Source: Bdellovibrionales bacterium
GTDB lineage: Bacteria > Bdellovibrionota > Bdellovibrionia > Bdellovibrionales > JAUICD01
Assembly: GCA_965262715.1 (NCBI GenBank)
Contig: OZ253553.1
Coordinates: 1,536,001 to 1,600,000, forward strand
Direction of reading: 5' to 3'
Length of the DNA: 64,000 nt
Under the pieces are notes generated by a model, which saw nothing but the letters and a program-made list of their open reading frames with translations, did no database searches and was not told the origin of the DNA. The stretch's first letter is position 1; each line of letters starts with the position of its first letter. A program made the position numbers and the translations under genes. This document shows, piece after piece, positions 40,517 through 52,940 of the stretch.

Positions 40517-41329
40517 TCACAAGAAGTAACTTATTCCAAAAGTGAAATATGTATTATGCAGACGTAATTTTTCATTTACTGTATCTGTCTCTCTGTTATT
40601 TCTGTTATCTGTTCCAAGACCTTCTACAATTCTCTCATATTTGCTAAATCTAAGTTGATCAAATCCTACCTCCATTGTAATTGCAAAATGGGAACTCAGT
40701 ATTACTCCATATTTTATACCAACTTGATAAGAAAAAGAATCCCAAAAACCTCCAAAACTACGATCTTCCTGTTGCTCTCCTCCCTCTTGAGGTTTAGACA
40801 CTGCCCTAAAATATTTTAAAATATGTAAACCTAGAGTTGGGCCAACAAAAACTTTTGTTGAAAATATCTTTGTAAATACAAGATTTTGTATTAAGAAAGT
40901 CAATTCATGAAATTCTACTACATCGATTTCCTTATGATCGCCTCTCAAATTAGTACGTACTCTCAATCCTAAACTGCTGTTTAATCGATCATACTGTATT
41001 ATACGATAGAGAATATCTCCTGTAAAAACATTCATTAATAATCCCACTTCAGTCTCATTACTGATCTTTGTTAAGCCAAACGAGCCTGTAAACTCAAATC
41101 GATAATCAGGCACCTGAAAAGCATCATTTACCTTAATATCTGTATCTGTCTTTACATCTTGAACTTGAGTATTTGCCGCTATTTCATTAGCATGATCAGG
41201 CTGCGCTGAAGCTTTAGTGCTATCATCTACACTCTCAACCGTCACATTTGCATAGCCAAAATGAGAATAACTTAAAACACCTAAAACAATTATAAAGTGA
41301 ATAAGTTTCTTATAATGATAAACAAACAT
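40517..41329 (-). CDS. Outer-membrane beta-barrel protein, paralog 1
   Basis: Signal peptide, alternating beta-strand pattern, C-terminal FGISYFL. Confidence 0.7.
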   Translation of the reverse strand: MFVYHYKKLIHFIIVLGVLSYSHFGYANVTVESVDDSTKASAQPDHANEIAANTQVQDVKTDTDIKVNDAFQVPDYRFEFTGSFGLTKISNETEVGLLMNVFTGDILYRIIQYDRLNSSLGLRVRTNLRGDHKEIDVVEFHELTFLIQNLVFTKIFSTKVFVGPTLGLHILKYFRAVSKPQEGGEQQEDRSFGGFWDSFSYQVGIKYGVILSSHFAITMEVGFDQLRFSKYERIVEGLGTDNRNNRETDTVNEKLRLHNTYFTFGISYFL

Positions 41330-41392
41330 AAAACCCCCTTCATATTAAAAAGTATGCTTAACTTTTTGAATTTAACAAACTCAACCATCAAA

Positions 41393-42274
41393 TTACAAAA
41401 AATAGCTAAGGCCTAAAGTTACATACATATTACTTAACGGTAAATAAACATCTCGTTCCTCTATTTCATCATCATTTGCCTTTTCTTTGTACTCATAAAC
41501 CCCAAGTTGATGAAGTCCTATTTCTGTTGTAAAAGCAAAATGAGAACTAAGCATTATACCCGTCTTTATACCAAGTTGATAAGAAAGCCAATTCAAGAGA
41601 AATCTCGAGCTTGTTATATAATGACTATCTTTATAATCAATTCTTAAAGACTGCCAAAGACCTATACCAAGAACCATGCCAAAAAACCCTCGTATCTTCG
41701 ACTTATCTTCAAAAAAGATAAGAGTTTGCGATAAAAAAGCTACCTGATGAAATGTAAATTCTCCAGCATAAATAGAATTTGAAGAATCATTACCACTACC
41801 AGGATGGCTAAAAAAGGTTCGATATCTTAATCCTATACTACTCATCCAACGATCATATTTCATTATACGGTAAAGAATATCTGCTGACAAATTCCATTGC
41901 AAAGGAGTGCGTGTATTACTAATGTTTGTAACACCAAAAAGGCCTGTGACCTCAAGTTTATGATTAGGCATTTTAAAATCATTTGTCTCAACACTTGTCT
42001 TTACTTCAGCTTGAGTTTCTGCCTCAACCTTATTGACATTATTTGTTGTTACCTCTTGAGTTTGAGCTTCTTCCTCAACCTCACTATTTGTTTTTAACTC
42101 CTGAGGTTGAGTTCCTACCTCACTCTCCTTGACATCATCAGACTGTATTGTCGAAGTCTCAGTATTGTCATCTGCATTTTCAATTACTATACTCGTATCA
42201 CCAAAATGAGAGTAACCTAAAACACTTATAACAACTATCAAATGAACAATCTTCTTATAATAACAACTAAACAT
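41393..42274 (-). CDS. Outer-membrane beta-barrel protein, paralog 2
   Basis: Shares DILYRI..YDR..SS.GLR and SYQ.GIK.G..LSSHFA with paralog 1; C-terminal LGLSYFL. Confidence 0.7.
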   Translation of the reverse strand: MFSCYYKKIVHLIVVISVLGYSHFGDTSIVIENADDNTETSTIQSDDVKESEVGTQPQELKTNSEVEEEAQTQEVTTNNVNKVEAETQAEVKTSVETNDFKMPNHKLEVTGLFGVTNISNTRTPLQWNLSADILYRIMKYDRWMSSIGLRYRTFFSHPGSGNDSSNSIYAGEFTFHQVAFLSQTLIFFEDKSKIRGFFGMVLGIGLWQSLRIDYKDSHYITSSRFLLNWLSYQLGIKTGIMLSSHFAFTTEIGLHQLGVYEYKEKANDDEIEERDVYLPLSNMYVTLGLSYFL

Positions 42275-42302
42275 AAAAACCCCTTTATATCAAAAAGTAT
42301 GT

Positions 42303-43277
42303 TTATTTTTTACCTTTTAACTTAGCAAATTCAATCACCAACGGAGATGCAATGTATACAGAAGAATACGTTCCAATAATCACACCAATACCTAGTGCAA
42401 AGGCAAAATCTGTGATCACTCCTCCTGCAAAAGTATAAAGACACAACACTGCCAAAAGTGTCGTAATAGTTGTAAGTAGAGTACGTGACAAGGCATCATT
42501 GATCGAGCGATTGAGCACCCAAACAAGTGGACGGTTTCTATAAGTTATGAGATTCTCCCTAATCCTATCAAAAATCACAATGGTATCATTCAGTGAATAA
42601 CCAATAATTGTTAAAATAGCTGCTAAAATTTGGATATTGATCTCTTTATCTAACATAGAAAAAATTCCTAGTGTGATCAAAGAGTCATGAAAAAGACAAA
42701 TAACAGCACCAGGCGCAAAGTTATAATCAAATCTCAGTCCTACGTAAATCAAAATCAATAAAAGACTATAGAAAACAGCTAATGCTCCATTGCGCTTAAG
42801 CTGATTGCCAACCTGTGGACCCACAGAGTCGATTCTTCGAATATCAGCATTAGAAAATGCTGATGCAATTTTTTCTCTAACTCGTAAAATAATACCTTGA
42901 ATCTGTTCATTGATTTCTTGCTCCGTACCTGATTGAGGAGACTCAAAACGGATCAAAAATTCATTGGCATCACCAAACTGTTGAACACGAGCAGATGATA
43001 GATCAATTTCTGCCAACATAGAACGTATAGCTGCAACATCTACACCTCCATCAGAAAATTGGACTTGTATCTCTGTTCCACCGGAAAAATCAATGCCATA
43101 GTTAAGCCCCTTAACCACAATCATTGCAATAGACCCTATAACTAAAAATAAAGACAAAAAAGCAAAAATTTTATTTTTGCCCATAAAGTCTATAAGAGCT
43201 TCTTTTTGCTTAACCTGCTTAGTGTTATGAGACTTTGTAGCAGATGTTTGATAAACCTTTTTATTTTTTTTATTCAT
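42303..43277 (-). CDS. secF: Protein translocase subunit SecF
   Basis: GIDFSGG, VGPQVG and GYSLNDTIVIFDRIRE motifs. Confidence 0.96.
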   Translation of the reverse strand: MNKKNKKVYQTSATKSHNTKQVKQKEALIDFMGKNKIFAFLSLFLVIGSIAMIVVKGLNYGIDFSGGTEIQVQFSDGGVDVAAIRSMLAEIDLSSARVQQFGDANEFLIRFESPQSGTEQEINEQIQGIILRVREKIASAFSNADIRRIDSVGPQVGNQLKRNGALAVFYSLLLILIYVGLRFDYNFAPGAVICLFHDSLITLGIFSMLDKEINIQILAAILTIIGYSLNDTIVIFDRIRENLITYRNRPLVWVLNRSINDALSRTLLTTITTLLAVLCLYTFAGGVITDFAFALGIGVIIGTYSSVYIASPLVIEFAKLKGKK

Positions 43278-43296
43278 AATTCACTCTCATCTTTTC

Positions 43297-44994
43297 TTAT
43301 ATTGTTAATTTAGTTCGACTAAACTTACTCGTATAAAAATCTAAAACAGTTTTAGTCACAGCAATAGCCGTAAAAAGTGATGTGACAATCCCAATTAACA
43401 GTGTCACCGCAAAACCTCTCACAGGTCCTGTTCCAAAATACATCAAGATAATAGATGTAGCAGCAGTAGTGATATTGGCATCAAAAATAGCTGATAAACC
43501 CTTTGAATACCCTTCTTTAACAGCCATGTTGAGACTACTACCTTTTCTTAAGGCCTCTTTAACCCTTTCAAAAATAATCACATTGGCATCAACGGCCATT
43601 CCTATTGTCAAAGCAATGCCTGCAATCCCTGGGAGAGTTAGGGTGGCTTCTATAGCTGTTAAAACAGATAAAATTAAAAACATATTAAGGACAAGAGCTG
43701 CATCTGCAATCAAACCAAAAGTTTTATAATAAAAGGCCATGAAAAGTAAAACCAAAATACCGCCAATAATAATAGCCGTTTGCCCTTTGGCAATAGAATC
43801 TGCTCCTAATGTCGGCCCTACTGTCCTTTCTTCAATTTGCTCTAGCCTGGCAGGCAATGCTCCAGCTCTCAAAGCCATAGCAATGCCCTGCGCCTCTACT
43901 TGCATATCTTCAAAATTCTGTCCACCACCTAGAGTGATCTGCGCATTTCCACCAGCAATTCGAGTTTGAATCACAGGCGCAGAATTGACAACATTATCCA
44001 AAACAATGGCCATTCTTTTGTTGACATTTGCTCCTGTTAGGTCAGCAAACTTTCTGGCCCCATTTGTATTGAACTCTAAATTCACTATAGGTTCTAACCT
44101 TTCCCCTTGACCAGTTCTAGCATTTCTAAGGTCATTACCTCCTAAATCTGTCATTTCTAAAAGGTAAGGGATCCTTGCTGTTTCAATTGTTTCTACATTT
44201 TCAGCTTTTTGAAAAAGAATTCTCTGGTTAGCTTTTAGTTGACTTTTGGTATCTTCATTTAATTTTTTGACATAATCATGATAAGACAAAGACTGCAGGC
44301 TGTACTGCCCCTTTTCTTCAGCATCTGCTATCCACTTATCTAAATTTTCAGCATCCTCAACCACCAACATAAACTCTAGCCGAGCTGTTTGATGGATGAG
44401 ATCTTTTGCTCTTTGATAATCTTCATCCTTAACACCAGGTATTTGGATCAAGATACGATTAGACCCTTGAGCAGCTATATAAGGTTCTGCAACTCCAAGA
44501 GCGTCAATTCTATTTCTTAGAGTTTCAATAGCTTGACTGACAATGTTTTCTCTTAAGTCTCTTAAGTTCAATTCATCTGGCCAAATTGTGAAAGAAGAAG
44601 TACCCATATCACTTTGATCACCTTCTTGGGTGATCAAATAGGTAGGCCAATCATTTTCTAATAAACTGCGAACAGTGTCCTTATTTGAAGAAGGCATTTG
44701 AATATGTATGCTATCTCTTTCACCTTGTTTTAAACTCTTAACAGTAACGCCATTAATACCTTGAGAAGTAAAATAATCTTGAAGAGAAACAGACCTACGA
44801 GCCATCTCTTCTGATATGACCTCATCAATATTAGCCTGCATCACTAAATGCAAACCTCCTTGTATATCCAAGCCAAAAATAATTTTTTTCTGGGACATAA
44901 AACTAGGCAGTTCTATAAAGTTAGGAGCCACAGATAACCCTGCCACAAGTAAGATAGTCCCGATGAGCAAGACTCGCCATTTCAGTGAAGTCAT
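43297..44994 (-). CDS. secD: Protein translocase subunit SecD
   Basis: GLDIQGG, VGPTLG and GMAVDANVIIFER motifs. Confidence 0.96.
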   Translation of the reverse strand: MTSLKWRVLLIGTILLVAGLSVAPNFIELPSFMSQKKIIFGLDIQGGLHLVMQANIDEVISEEMARRSVSLQDYFTSQGINGVTVKSLKQGERDSIHIQMPSSNKDTVRSLLENDWPTYLITQEGDQSDMGTSSFTIWPDELNLRDLRENIVSQAIETLRNRIDALGVAEPYIAAQGSNRILIQIPGVKDEDYQRAKDLIHQTARLEFMLVVEDAENLDKWIADAEEKGQYSLQSLSYHDYVKKLNEDTKSQLKANQRILFQKAENVETIETARIPYLLEMTDLGGNDLRNARTGQGERLEPIVNLEFNTNGARKFADLTGANVNKRMAIVLDNVVNSAPVIQTRIAGGNAQITLGGGQNFEDMQVEAQGIAMALRAGALPARLEQIEERTVGPTLGADSIAKGQTAIIIGGILVLLFMAFYYKTFGLIADAALVLNMFLILSVLTAIEATLTLPGIAGIALTIGMAVDANVIIFERVKEALRKGSSLNMAVKEGYSKGLSAIFDANITTAATSIILMYFGTGPVRGFAVTLLIGIVTSLFTAIAVTKTVLDFYTSKFSRTKLTI

Positions 44995-45293
44995 TTCGTC
45001 TCTCCTTTTAAAGGACCTGCAATTTGATTTTTTAGAATTTTAACTTTAACTCCAGAAGCAATCTCTAAAGTAATAAATTTATCTGTAAGGCCTTCTATCT
45101 TCCCTAAAAAACCACTCATTGTTATCACCTCATCCCCTCTTTTTATCTCCGACAAAAACTTTATATGTTCCCTTCTCTGTTTAGCTTGAGGACGAATCAG
45201 AATAAAGTAAAAAACTCCAATGATCAAAATCCAAGGAAACATTTGCTCTAAAAAATTTGGAGCTGACACAGCCTGAGCATAAATTAAAGACAT
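44991..45293 (-). CDS. yajC: Preprotein translocase subunit YajC
   Basis: FYFILIRPQ..GDEVIT..G; lies between tgt and secD. Confidence 0.95.
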   Translation of the reverse strand: MSLIYAQAVSAPNFLEQMFPWILIIGVFYFILIRPQAKQRREHIKFLSEIKRGDEVITMSGFLGKIEGLTDKFITLEIASGVKVKILKNQIAGPLKGETK

Positions 45294-45420
45294 TATATCC
45301 TCCTCTTATTTAAAGGCCCAAAGCTTAAAGGCATGATTATCCCCTCTCACATTTTCAATTGATTCAATCACTATAGGTATTATTTTTCAACAAGTCACAT
45401 TATTTTAAAAGTTATTTTTA

Positions 45421-46737
<1,317 letters not shown>

Positions 46738-46806
46738 TCACTTTTTAAATATATTTATGATAGTGAAACTATCAAAGCTTTATACAAACCTATAAGGCAG
46801 GTTATT

Positions 46807-48552
46807 ATGCTATTTAAACAATCTCTGATCGTCATAATAATTTGTATAAGTCCACATTTATATGGACAAAGCCTTCCTGCTTTAAACTCTACTCTAGATG
46901 AGGGTACTAATAGAACCTTTCCAACTCTCCGTCTTCCTTCGGCATTTTCTTATCACATTCTAAGCAATGTTACAGAATTCCAATTTTCTGTTTTTATAAG
47001 TCATATATCTTTCAAAAGAAAGGTCCAATTTTTAAATACAATGGAATACAGTAATATTATACATGCCTTAGAAATGAAAATAGCAGACATACTACATTAT
47101 GGAAATAATGTGCTCGCCGTATTAGCAAATTTATACCCTTCCACATTTATGAGGCTCCTTGACTTAGAAGATGAACCTGGAGGAAAGAAAGTTATAGGTC
47201 TTTACCTTCAGGATATTGAGTTTCATGAAGATCGTTCCAGTGAAAATAGATGGATTATAGATAACTTTATCTTTGGCCTTATAACAAGTGATGGTCAACC
47301 CTTAATCACAAAAATACCTTGCAATGAAGAATGTCATCAGGAAATTGAAGAAAAGATGGAGCTTGATAGACTTCATTCTCAAATATTGAGCAGACTTGGT
47401 TATAGTATGTCTCAATCTTTTGAGGATCTTCTTATAAGAGAAAATATTCCTCAAAATCATACTTTAACTCTTTATCTAAAAGATCTCTCTCCAGAAAATA
47501 AGTCTGTCAGTAGTTTTAAAGATATAGAAAGAATCAATATAGGAGTAATTGTGGAAGATGATGAACAACGATTTATTAGGGAGATCGATTGGATTATTGA
47601 AAAACCTGATTTGCAATATACCACAACTCATGTTCAATCATCTATTCTTACTGCATTTCACGAGTCTGCTCATGAATTAGTCAAAAGGGTTTTCTTATCA
47701 AATGACTATATAGGTTACACTTCAATAGAACCCGCCTTATTTTTTTTTAATAATAAATGGACTTATGCACAAGGTTTATCTATAAGTTCCGATCCATTAT
47801 ATTCGATTGATCAAAATAATTGGCTTCAAAAAGCAACTGTATTACTTGCTGGCATAGTTTCTGAAAGACTTCTGTCTAACACACAGATTTTGAAGGTTCC
47901 TACTACTCCTGATTTAATCGAAGCTGTTTTTGTAGTCTTTAATGATATATGTCTTGAAAGAGATGATATTCATAATGAACTGCCTTGTTTTTTAACAGAT
48001 GACTTTAATCGTTTTAATGAATGGTTCTCAAACAGTCATCAAACTGCATCATTTGAAGATTCTCTATTTATGAGGGAGGTGAATCCACGACTATCTCTTG
48101 TTCGAGCTTCATCCCACAATATTCTAGTTAACAACTTAGATGTTTTAATACAACTTACACGACTGACTCTACAAAGAGGATCATTGGACAATCAAAACCT
48201 TCAAGATTTTTTTCAAAGAGCTCCCGTTCAAAGAATACATGGAGACATCTCTATTCTAGAGAATTATAGATACGCTCTACTACCTGATATTGGCCCAGAT
48301 ATTTTGGATAGAAATCTTTCTTTATTATTTTCTCTAGATTCTCAAGAAAGTATAGATAAAGTTAGAATATCTTCTGTAGAAGAGATTTTAGAAGAAGCCG
48401 AAGAAGTTAGAATTCCTGGATATGTTCTTTTAAGCATTCGCAAAGGACCAATACTTGACATAGAACAAAATTACGCTCAAGGTCTTCCATCTCTTTACCT
48501 CAGAGAAGCTATCGATACATTTGTATTAAGTCTTACTGGAGCCTTTCATTAA
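46807..48552 (+). CDS. Secreted protein with an FtsH-like (M41) metallopeptidase domain and no AAA domain
   Basis: Signal-like N-terminus; TAFHESAH and LLAGIVSE resemble FtsH TAYHEAGH and LGGR.AE; no Walker A seen. Confidence 0.6.
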   Translation: MLFKQSLIVIIICISPHLYGQSLPALNSTLDEGTNRTFPTLRLPSAFSYHILSNVTEFQFSVFISHISFKRKVQFLNTMEYSNIIHALEMKIADILHYGNNVLAVLANLYPSTFMRLLDLEDEPGGKKVIGLYLQDIEFHEDRSSENRWIIDNFIFGLITSDGQPLITKIPCNEECHQEIEEKMELDRLHSQILSRLGYSMSQSFEDLLIRENIPQNHTLTLYLKDLSPENKSVSSFKDIERINIGVIVEDDEQRFIREIDWIIEKPDLQYTTTHVQSSILTAFHESAHELVKRVFLSNDYIGYTSIEPALFFFNNKWTYAQGLSISSDPLYSIDQNNWLQKATVLLAGIVSERLLSNTQILKVPTTPDLIEAVFVVFNDICLERDDIHNELPCFLTDDFNRFNEWFSNSHQTASFEDSLFMREVNPRLSLVRASSHNILVNNLDVLIQLTRLTLQRGSLDNQNLQDFFQRAPVQRIHGDISILENYRYALLPDIGPDILDRNLSLLFSLDSQESIDKVRISSVEEILEEAEEVRIPGYVLLSIRKGPILDIEQNYAQGLPSLYLREAIDTFVLSLTGAFH

Positions 48553-48712
48553 AAAGGTAATGTATATTAGGTTTATAACACTTTAAACCCTTTTTTTTCC
48601 GGGAGTCAGGCAGCCCGGTAATCAGTTGCCGGCAACCGTTGACTGGATTGCCAGTTTGCCGGATCCTAGATTTATAATAATGTATACATATAAAAACCAT
48701 TGATCTATTTTT

Positions 48713-49744
48713 CTAGCTATTATCCCATACAGAAAGATCACCGTAACTATAAAAACAAAAATGACGATCTATAGCCCATTGATAACCCTTCAAAACTCTC
48801 TCTCCTCCTGCAAAGGCTGCCACTAAAGCAAGCAAACTACTTTTAGGCTGATGAAAATTCGTTAACATACAATTGATCAATTGAAACTTATGCCCAGGGA
48901 TAATCATTAAATCTGTTGGACCTGCAAACCCTTCATCTACCTCAGGCAACATTCCAAGAGCAAAGCTCTCTATCACTCTGACAGTTGTTGTTCCAAGAGC
49001 TATTATTTTTTTTCCTGCCTCTATAGATTCTATATCCCTAACTACATTCTTAGAAATAAAACACCACTCTGAATGTATCTTTTGATGATGGATTTGATCT
49101 TCATCTAAAGGTAAGTAAGTGCCAAGTCCTATATGCAATGTCACTTCACCAACTTTCACACCTCTTTTTTGAAGATATAGTAAGTCTTGTGTTGTAAAAT
49201 GCAAACTTGCAGTAGGAGATGCACTACTGCCATTGATTCTCCCATAAGGATTTTGATACCAAAGGTCATCTTCAAAAGGTTGCTCTGTATTTTTTCTTTG
49301 CTTTTGAATGTAAAAGGGTAAAGGCATTTGGCCGTGTTTTATGAAATAATCTAAACCAATAGGTTTAGAAAGCAAGGCAACTTGATAACGTCCTTCTTCA
49401 ATAAGCTTTAAAGTCAAATTATCCGGCAAATAAATTGTTTGTTTTTTGATCTTACTCGATTTACAAAGCACTTCCCAAATTAGATCTGATTTTTGAAGAG
49501 CAAAAAGAATATCATAGGTGTCACCTCTCGCAGTCTGCCCAATAACTCTACGCTTTTCTACCATAGAGTTATTGATCAATAACAAATCTCCTTCTTGAAA
49601 CTGCTCTAAAAGGGTAGATATATTTATCTCTTTGAAGTCTTCAGGGTTTTTACTATAAAGTACACGAGAAGGTCTGATAGGCTTTATAGGCACAAGATTA
49701 TCAGGACAGTTAAAATCCAAACTTTTTATATCAAACATAGGCAC
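48713..49744 (-). CDS. queA: SAM:tRNA ribosyltransferase-isomerase
   Basis: G.MPLPFYI, SPTASLHFT, TLHIG.GT, TNFH.PKS and YSYGD motifs. Confidence 0.93.
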   Translation of the reverse strand: MPMFDIKSLDFNCPDNLVPIKPIRPSRVLYSKNPEDFKEINISTLLEQFQEGDLLLINNSMVEKRRVIGQTARGDTYDILFALQKSDLIWEVLCKSSKIKKQTIYLPDNLTLKLIEEGRYQVALLSKPIGLDYFIKHGQMPLPFYIQKQRKNTEQPFEDDLWYQNPYGRINGSSASPTASLHFTTQDLLYLQKRGVKVGEVTLHIGLGTYLPLDEDQIHHQKIHSEWCFISKNVVRDIESIEAGKKIIALGTTTVRVIESFALGMLPEVDEGFAGPTDLMIIPGHKFQLINCMLTNFHQPKSSLLALVAAFAGGERVLKGYQWAIDRHFCFYSYGDLSVWDNS

Positions 49745-49895
49745 TCCATTAAAGATGACTATAATATGGAATATTTTTAATTCAAGATAAGTTTCCTCAT
49801 TTACAACTAACAGAGCAGTTCTTACTCAATAACAAAATTTTATGATATTGTATATAAAAACTCACCTCTAAACATGTACATGTAACAACGGTGGA

Positions 49896-50050
49896 TTCAA
49901 AACTTTATTAGGGGATAAATTATCTTCTAGAGAGTTTAAACGTCAAGCAAATGAAAACTCCTGCTTCCATGATAACCTAAATAACTTAATCTCAAAAATA
50001 TAAAAAATACTCAACAATATCTCTCTATCTAAATTCTTCTGCAACAAAGC
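49896..50050 (+). mobile_element. IS5-family (IS903-group-like) remnant: transposase C-terminal scrap plus right end
   Basis: 49896-49955 translates FKTLLGDKLSSREFKRQANE; ends in gcaacaaagc, like the IS903 GGCTTTGTTG terminus. Confidence 0.6.
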
Positions 50051-50236
50051 TATTCTAAATTATCTCTTGGAACCACCATTTAGTTAATTTTAATTCATGT
50101 TATAATTACTAGCAACCATCTCAAAAGTTTTAAGTTTTTTATAAAAATGACTTTTTTTGCTACTAATTTTTTAAAAGACAAAGCCTATATATTCTAGTTG
50201 ATTTTTATTTCTATCTTTTATCTGAAGTGAGATTCT

Positions 50237-50353
50237 CTAGAGATGTGGCCTCAAAAGATGGTAGATATGAACTGATTCTTTGAAATAATATACATTTTCA
50301 ATTATCTTAAGATCATCTGTAAGAAATTTAATCAAGATATTAGGATCAATCAT
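50237..50353 (-). pseudogene. Possible PIN/VapC toxin fragment
   Basis: Translates MIDPNILIKFLTDD..., resembling the VapC DTNILIRFL start; only 38 aa. Confidence 0.35.
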
Positions 50354-50612
50354 TTGACATTCTTCTCTATTAGACGGTGTTACATACCAATACTTAATCA
50401 TAGTTAAAAAAGCGATTTGACCTCTGTTAATAAATGACTTAGCATAAAGGCTCTAATTAATTTTCTATCCGTTTCTAATAAATATGTATAAAGTTAGAGC
50501 GATAAATATGGGTAAATTTTAACATTAAAAACAGAAGGGCAAAAGATAGACACATTAAGTCATTATTGGTTAATCTTCAGTAGATATTCATATAAAAATA
50601 CATGGTGAAGCT

Positions 50613-51680
50613 ATGTTTATATTTCAACAACGAACACTTTTTGAAAAAGAATCAAAATCATATAGACTTCCGAAAACTCAGTATTTAGGTAGTAAACAAA
50701 AATTGACAGAGTGGATTTATCAGTGTTCACCGAAAAATATAGAAACAGTTTTTGATGCATTTAGTGGGACATCTTCGGTTGGTTATTACTTTAAAACTCA
50801 AGGGAAACGGGTTGTAGCTAATGATTTTCTAAGATTCAATTATCATATTGGCAAAGCTCTTATTGAAAATAAAGAAATAACTTTAACTCAAAAGGATGTT
50901 GAGTTGCTTTTACAAAAAAATAAAGAGGCTGACTCTTTTATAGAGAAAACTTTTACAGGAGTATTTTTTGAAAAAGATCAGGCACAATTCCTTGATAATT
51001 TTCGAGCAAATATTGAATTGCTTGATAATAAATATAAGAAATCTTTAGCTTTTACAATTATAAATAGAGCATTAACAAGGAAAGTATTATTAGGCCATTT
51101 TGCTCATTTAAAAGCTTTAGCATATAGTAAAAATCTTGAACGCATCAAAAGAAATCCTACAATCATACGATCGGTAAAAAATTTATTTCTTGAATTAGTG
51201 AATGATTATAACAATTCTATTTTTAATAATAGAAAGAAAAATAAAATTTATTGTGAAGACACAATACCTCTTATAAAGTCCTTAAAAGACATAGACTTAG
51301 TTTATTTTGATCCACCTTATTATGGTTGTCATCCTGATTATCAAGCATTCTATCATTTCTTAGAAACTTATGTTGAATATTGGAAAGACAAGACATTCAT
51401 TAATGGAACAAAACAATACTTTCCTAAGAAAAAAAGTGGGTTTATACACAAAAATGAAATCATTAATTCGTTTAAAAAACTTTTCAAAAATAGTTCCCAT
51501 ATCCCTTACTGGTTAATCTCTTATAATAGTAAAAGTTATCCTGATAAACAAACTATGACAAATCTAATCAAAGAGTTTAGACAGGTTAAAACCTATGAAC
51601 ATGAATATAAAAATCACTACGGTGGCAAAGGCTCTCGTAAAGGAACACGAGAATATTTATTTTTGTGTTATAATGAGTAA
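50613..51680 (+). CDS. N6-adenine DNA methyltransferase, D12/Dam class
   Basis: YLGSK, DAFSGT and YFDPPY motifs. Confidence 0.92.
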   Translation: MFIFQQRTLFEKESKSYRLPKTQYLGSKQKLTEWIYQCSPKNIETVFDAFSGTSSVGYYFKTQGKRVVANDFLRFNYHIGKALIENKEITLTQKDVELLLQKNKEADSFIEKTFTGVFFEKDQAQFLDNFRANIELLDNKYKKSLAFTIINRALTRKVLLGHFAHLKALAYSKNLERIKRNPTIIRSVKNLFLELVNDYNNSIFNNRKKNKIYCEDTIPLIKSLKDIDLVYFDPPYYGCHPDYQAFYHFLETYVEYWKDKTFINGTKQYFPKKKSGFIHKNEIINSFKKLFKNSSHIPYWLISYNSKSYPDKQTMTNLIKEFRQVKTYEHEYKNHYGGKGSRKGTREYLFLCYNE

Positions 51681-52776
51681 TTTTATGACAGAAAAATTTA
51701 ATAAATTCAAACAGGACTATCAAGACAATAAACTTAATACTTCAAAAGAAGAAGGTATTTATTGGTTAAAACTTAGATCTATTTCTCGCCCAATTCTTAT
51801 GAAAGAGTTTTGTAATTATTCCAACATTGATCATAAAAATATAAAAGGGAAAGAGCTTTTTGAATATATTTATAAAAAACAGCCAAATGAAAAAATTCTT
51901 AATAAATTTATCAATAATAAGTATCGAGAGGAAAGAGAAGAGAGAAGGAAGAAAGAAACAGAATTAATTTCTGAATTATATAAACTCACTGTTTTCGATT
52001 GGGGAGGTTTATATCAAAATAATTTAGAGCGTACAATTGTGAATAATTATATAAAAAAGATAAGAGATTTCAATCTTTTGAATAAAAAAATAGAAAATGA
52101 AATCCAAAAAAGTATGAGAAGTTATGTGTTATCTTCTTGGTATAATCATTGGACTTCGATTCTTATTGAAGATATTTTTAAAGACCATGAGAAAGTTACC
52201 CCTGCGATTGGCCTTATTAAAAAAGTTGATTTTTTTATAAAGGATATCCCCTTTGATTTAAAGATTACGTACTTTCCAGATGGTTTTATTAAGAAGGAAA
52301 GAAAAGAATTAGGATTGAATACAGAGATTCAAGAGCTTAAAAAATTTGCAAGAAAAAGAGAGATTAAATATAACACAAAACAAAAAGAGAAAGATATTTT
52401 TCTTGAACTCTTAACAAGATTTAGTGAAAGTACTAATCCTAATATAAAAAGCTTCTGGAAACAATTTAATCAAACGAGAAAAAAGATCATAAAGAACACT
52501 ATAAAAAATCCAAAAGAATTAATTCGTTGGCTTTATGAAGAACAAGGTGAACGCCGCTTTGACTCTGCCAACAGGTTATTTTTAATACTTATTGATGAAA
52601 ATAGTTTAGAGAACAGTTGGAAAATGAAACGAAATATAGATTTATTAAAAAATGAAATAAAAGAATACTTAGGCAATTTTAACTTCAGAGATAAAAGTCA
52701 ACTTAAAGTTAGCTTTGAATGGAAAGATGGAAAACAATACTCACCTTTATCTGATCTGATATTTATTAAAAAATAA
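51673..52776 (+). CDS. Probable cognate type II restriction endonuclease
   Basis: Overlaps the MTase stop; E..VDFFI..PFDLK PD-(D/E)xK-like motif; very AT-rich. Confidence 0.7.
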   Translation: MSNFMTEKFNKFKQDYQDNKLNTSKEEGIYWLKLRSISRPILMKEFCNYSNIDHKNIKGKELFEYIYKKQPNEKILNKFINNKYREEREERRKKETELISELYKLTVFDWGGLYQNNLERTIVNNYIKKIRDFNLLNKKIENEIQKSMRSYVLSSWYNHWTSILIEDIFKDHEKVTPAIGLIKKVDFFIKDIPFDLKITYFPDGFIKKERKELGLNTEIQELKKFARKREIKYNTKQKEKDIFLELLTRFSESTNPNIKSFWKQFNQTRKKIIKNTIKNPKELIRWLYEEQGERRFDSANRLFLILIDENSLENSWKMKRNIDLLKNEIKEYLGNFNFRDKSQLKVSFEWKDGKQYSPLSDLIFIKK

Positions 52777-52865
52777 ATAACTGATCTCTCTTAGGAAAAT
52801 AAAAGCTCACAGAATATTACATTAAAAACTTAAATGTAGTGACTAATTTGTAACACGAAGTTAGG

Positions 52866-52938
52866 TAAATAACTTAATCTCAAAAATATAAAAAACACTC
52901 AACAATATCTCTCTATCTAAATCCTTGTGCAACAAAGC
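52866..52938 (+). repeat. Second copy of a 73-bp IS-end direct repeat (first copy 49978-50050)
   Basis: 70/73 identical by eye. Confidence 0.9.
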
Positions 52939-52940
52939 CA

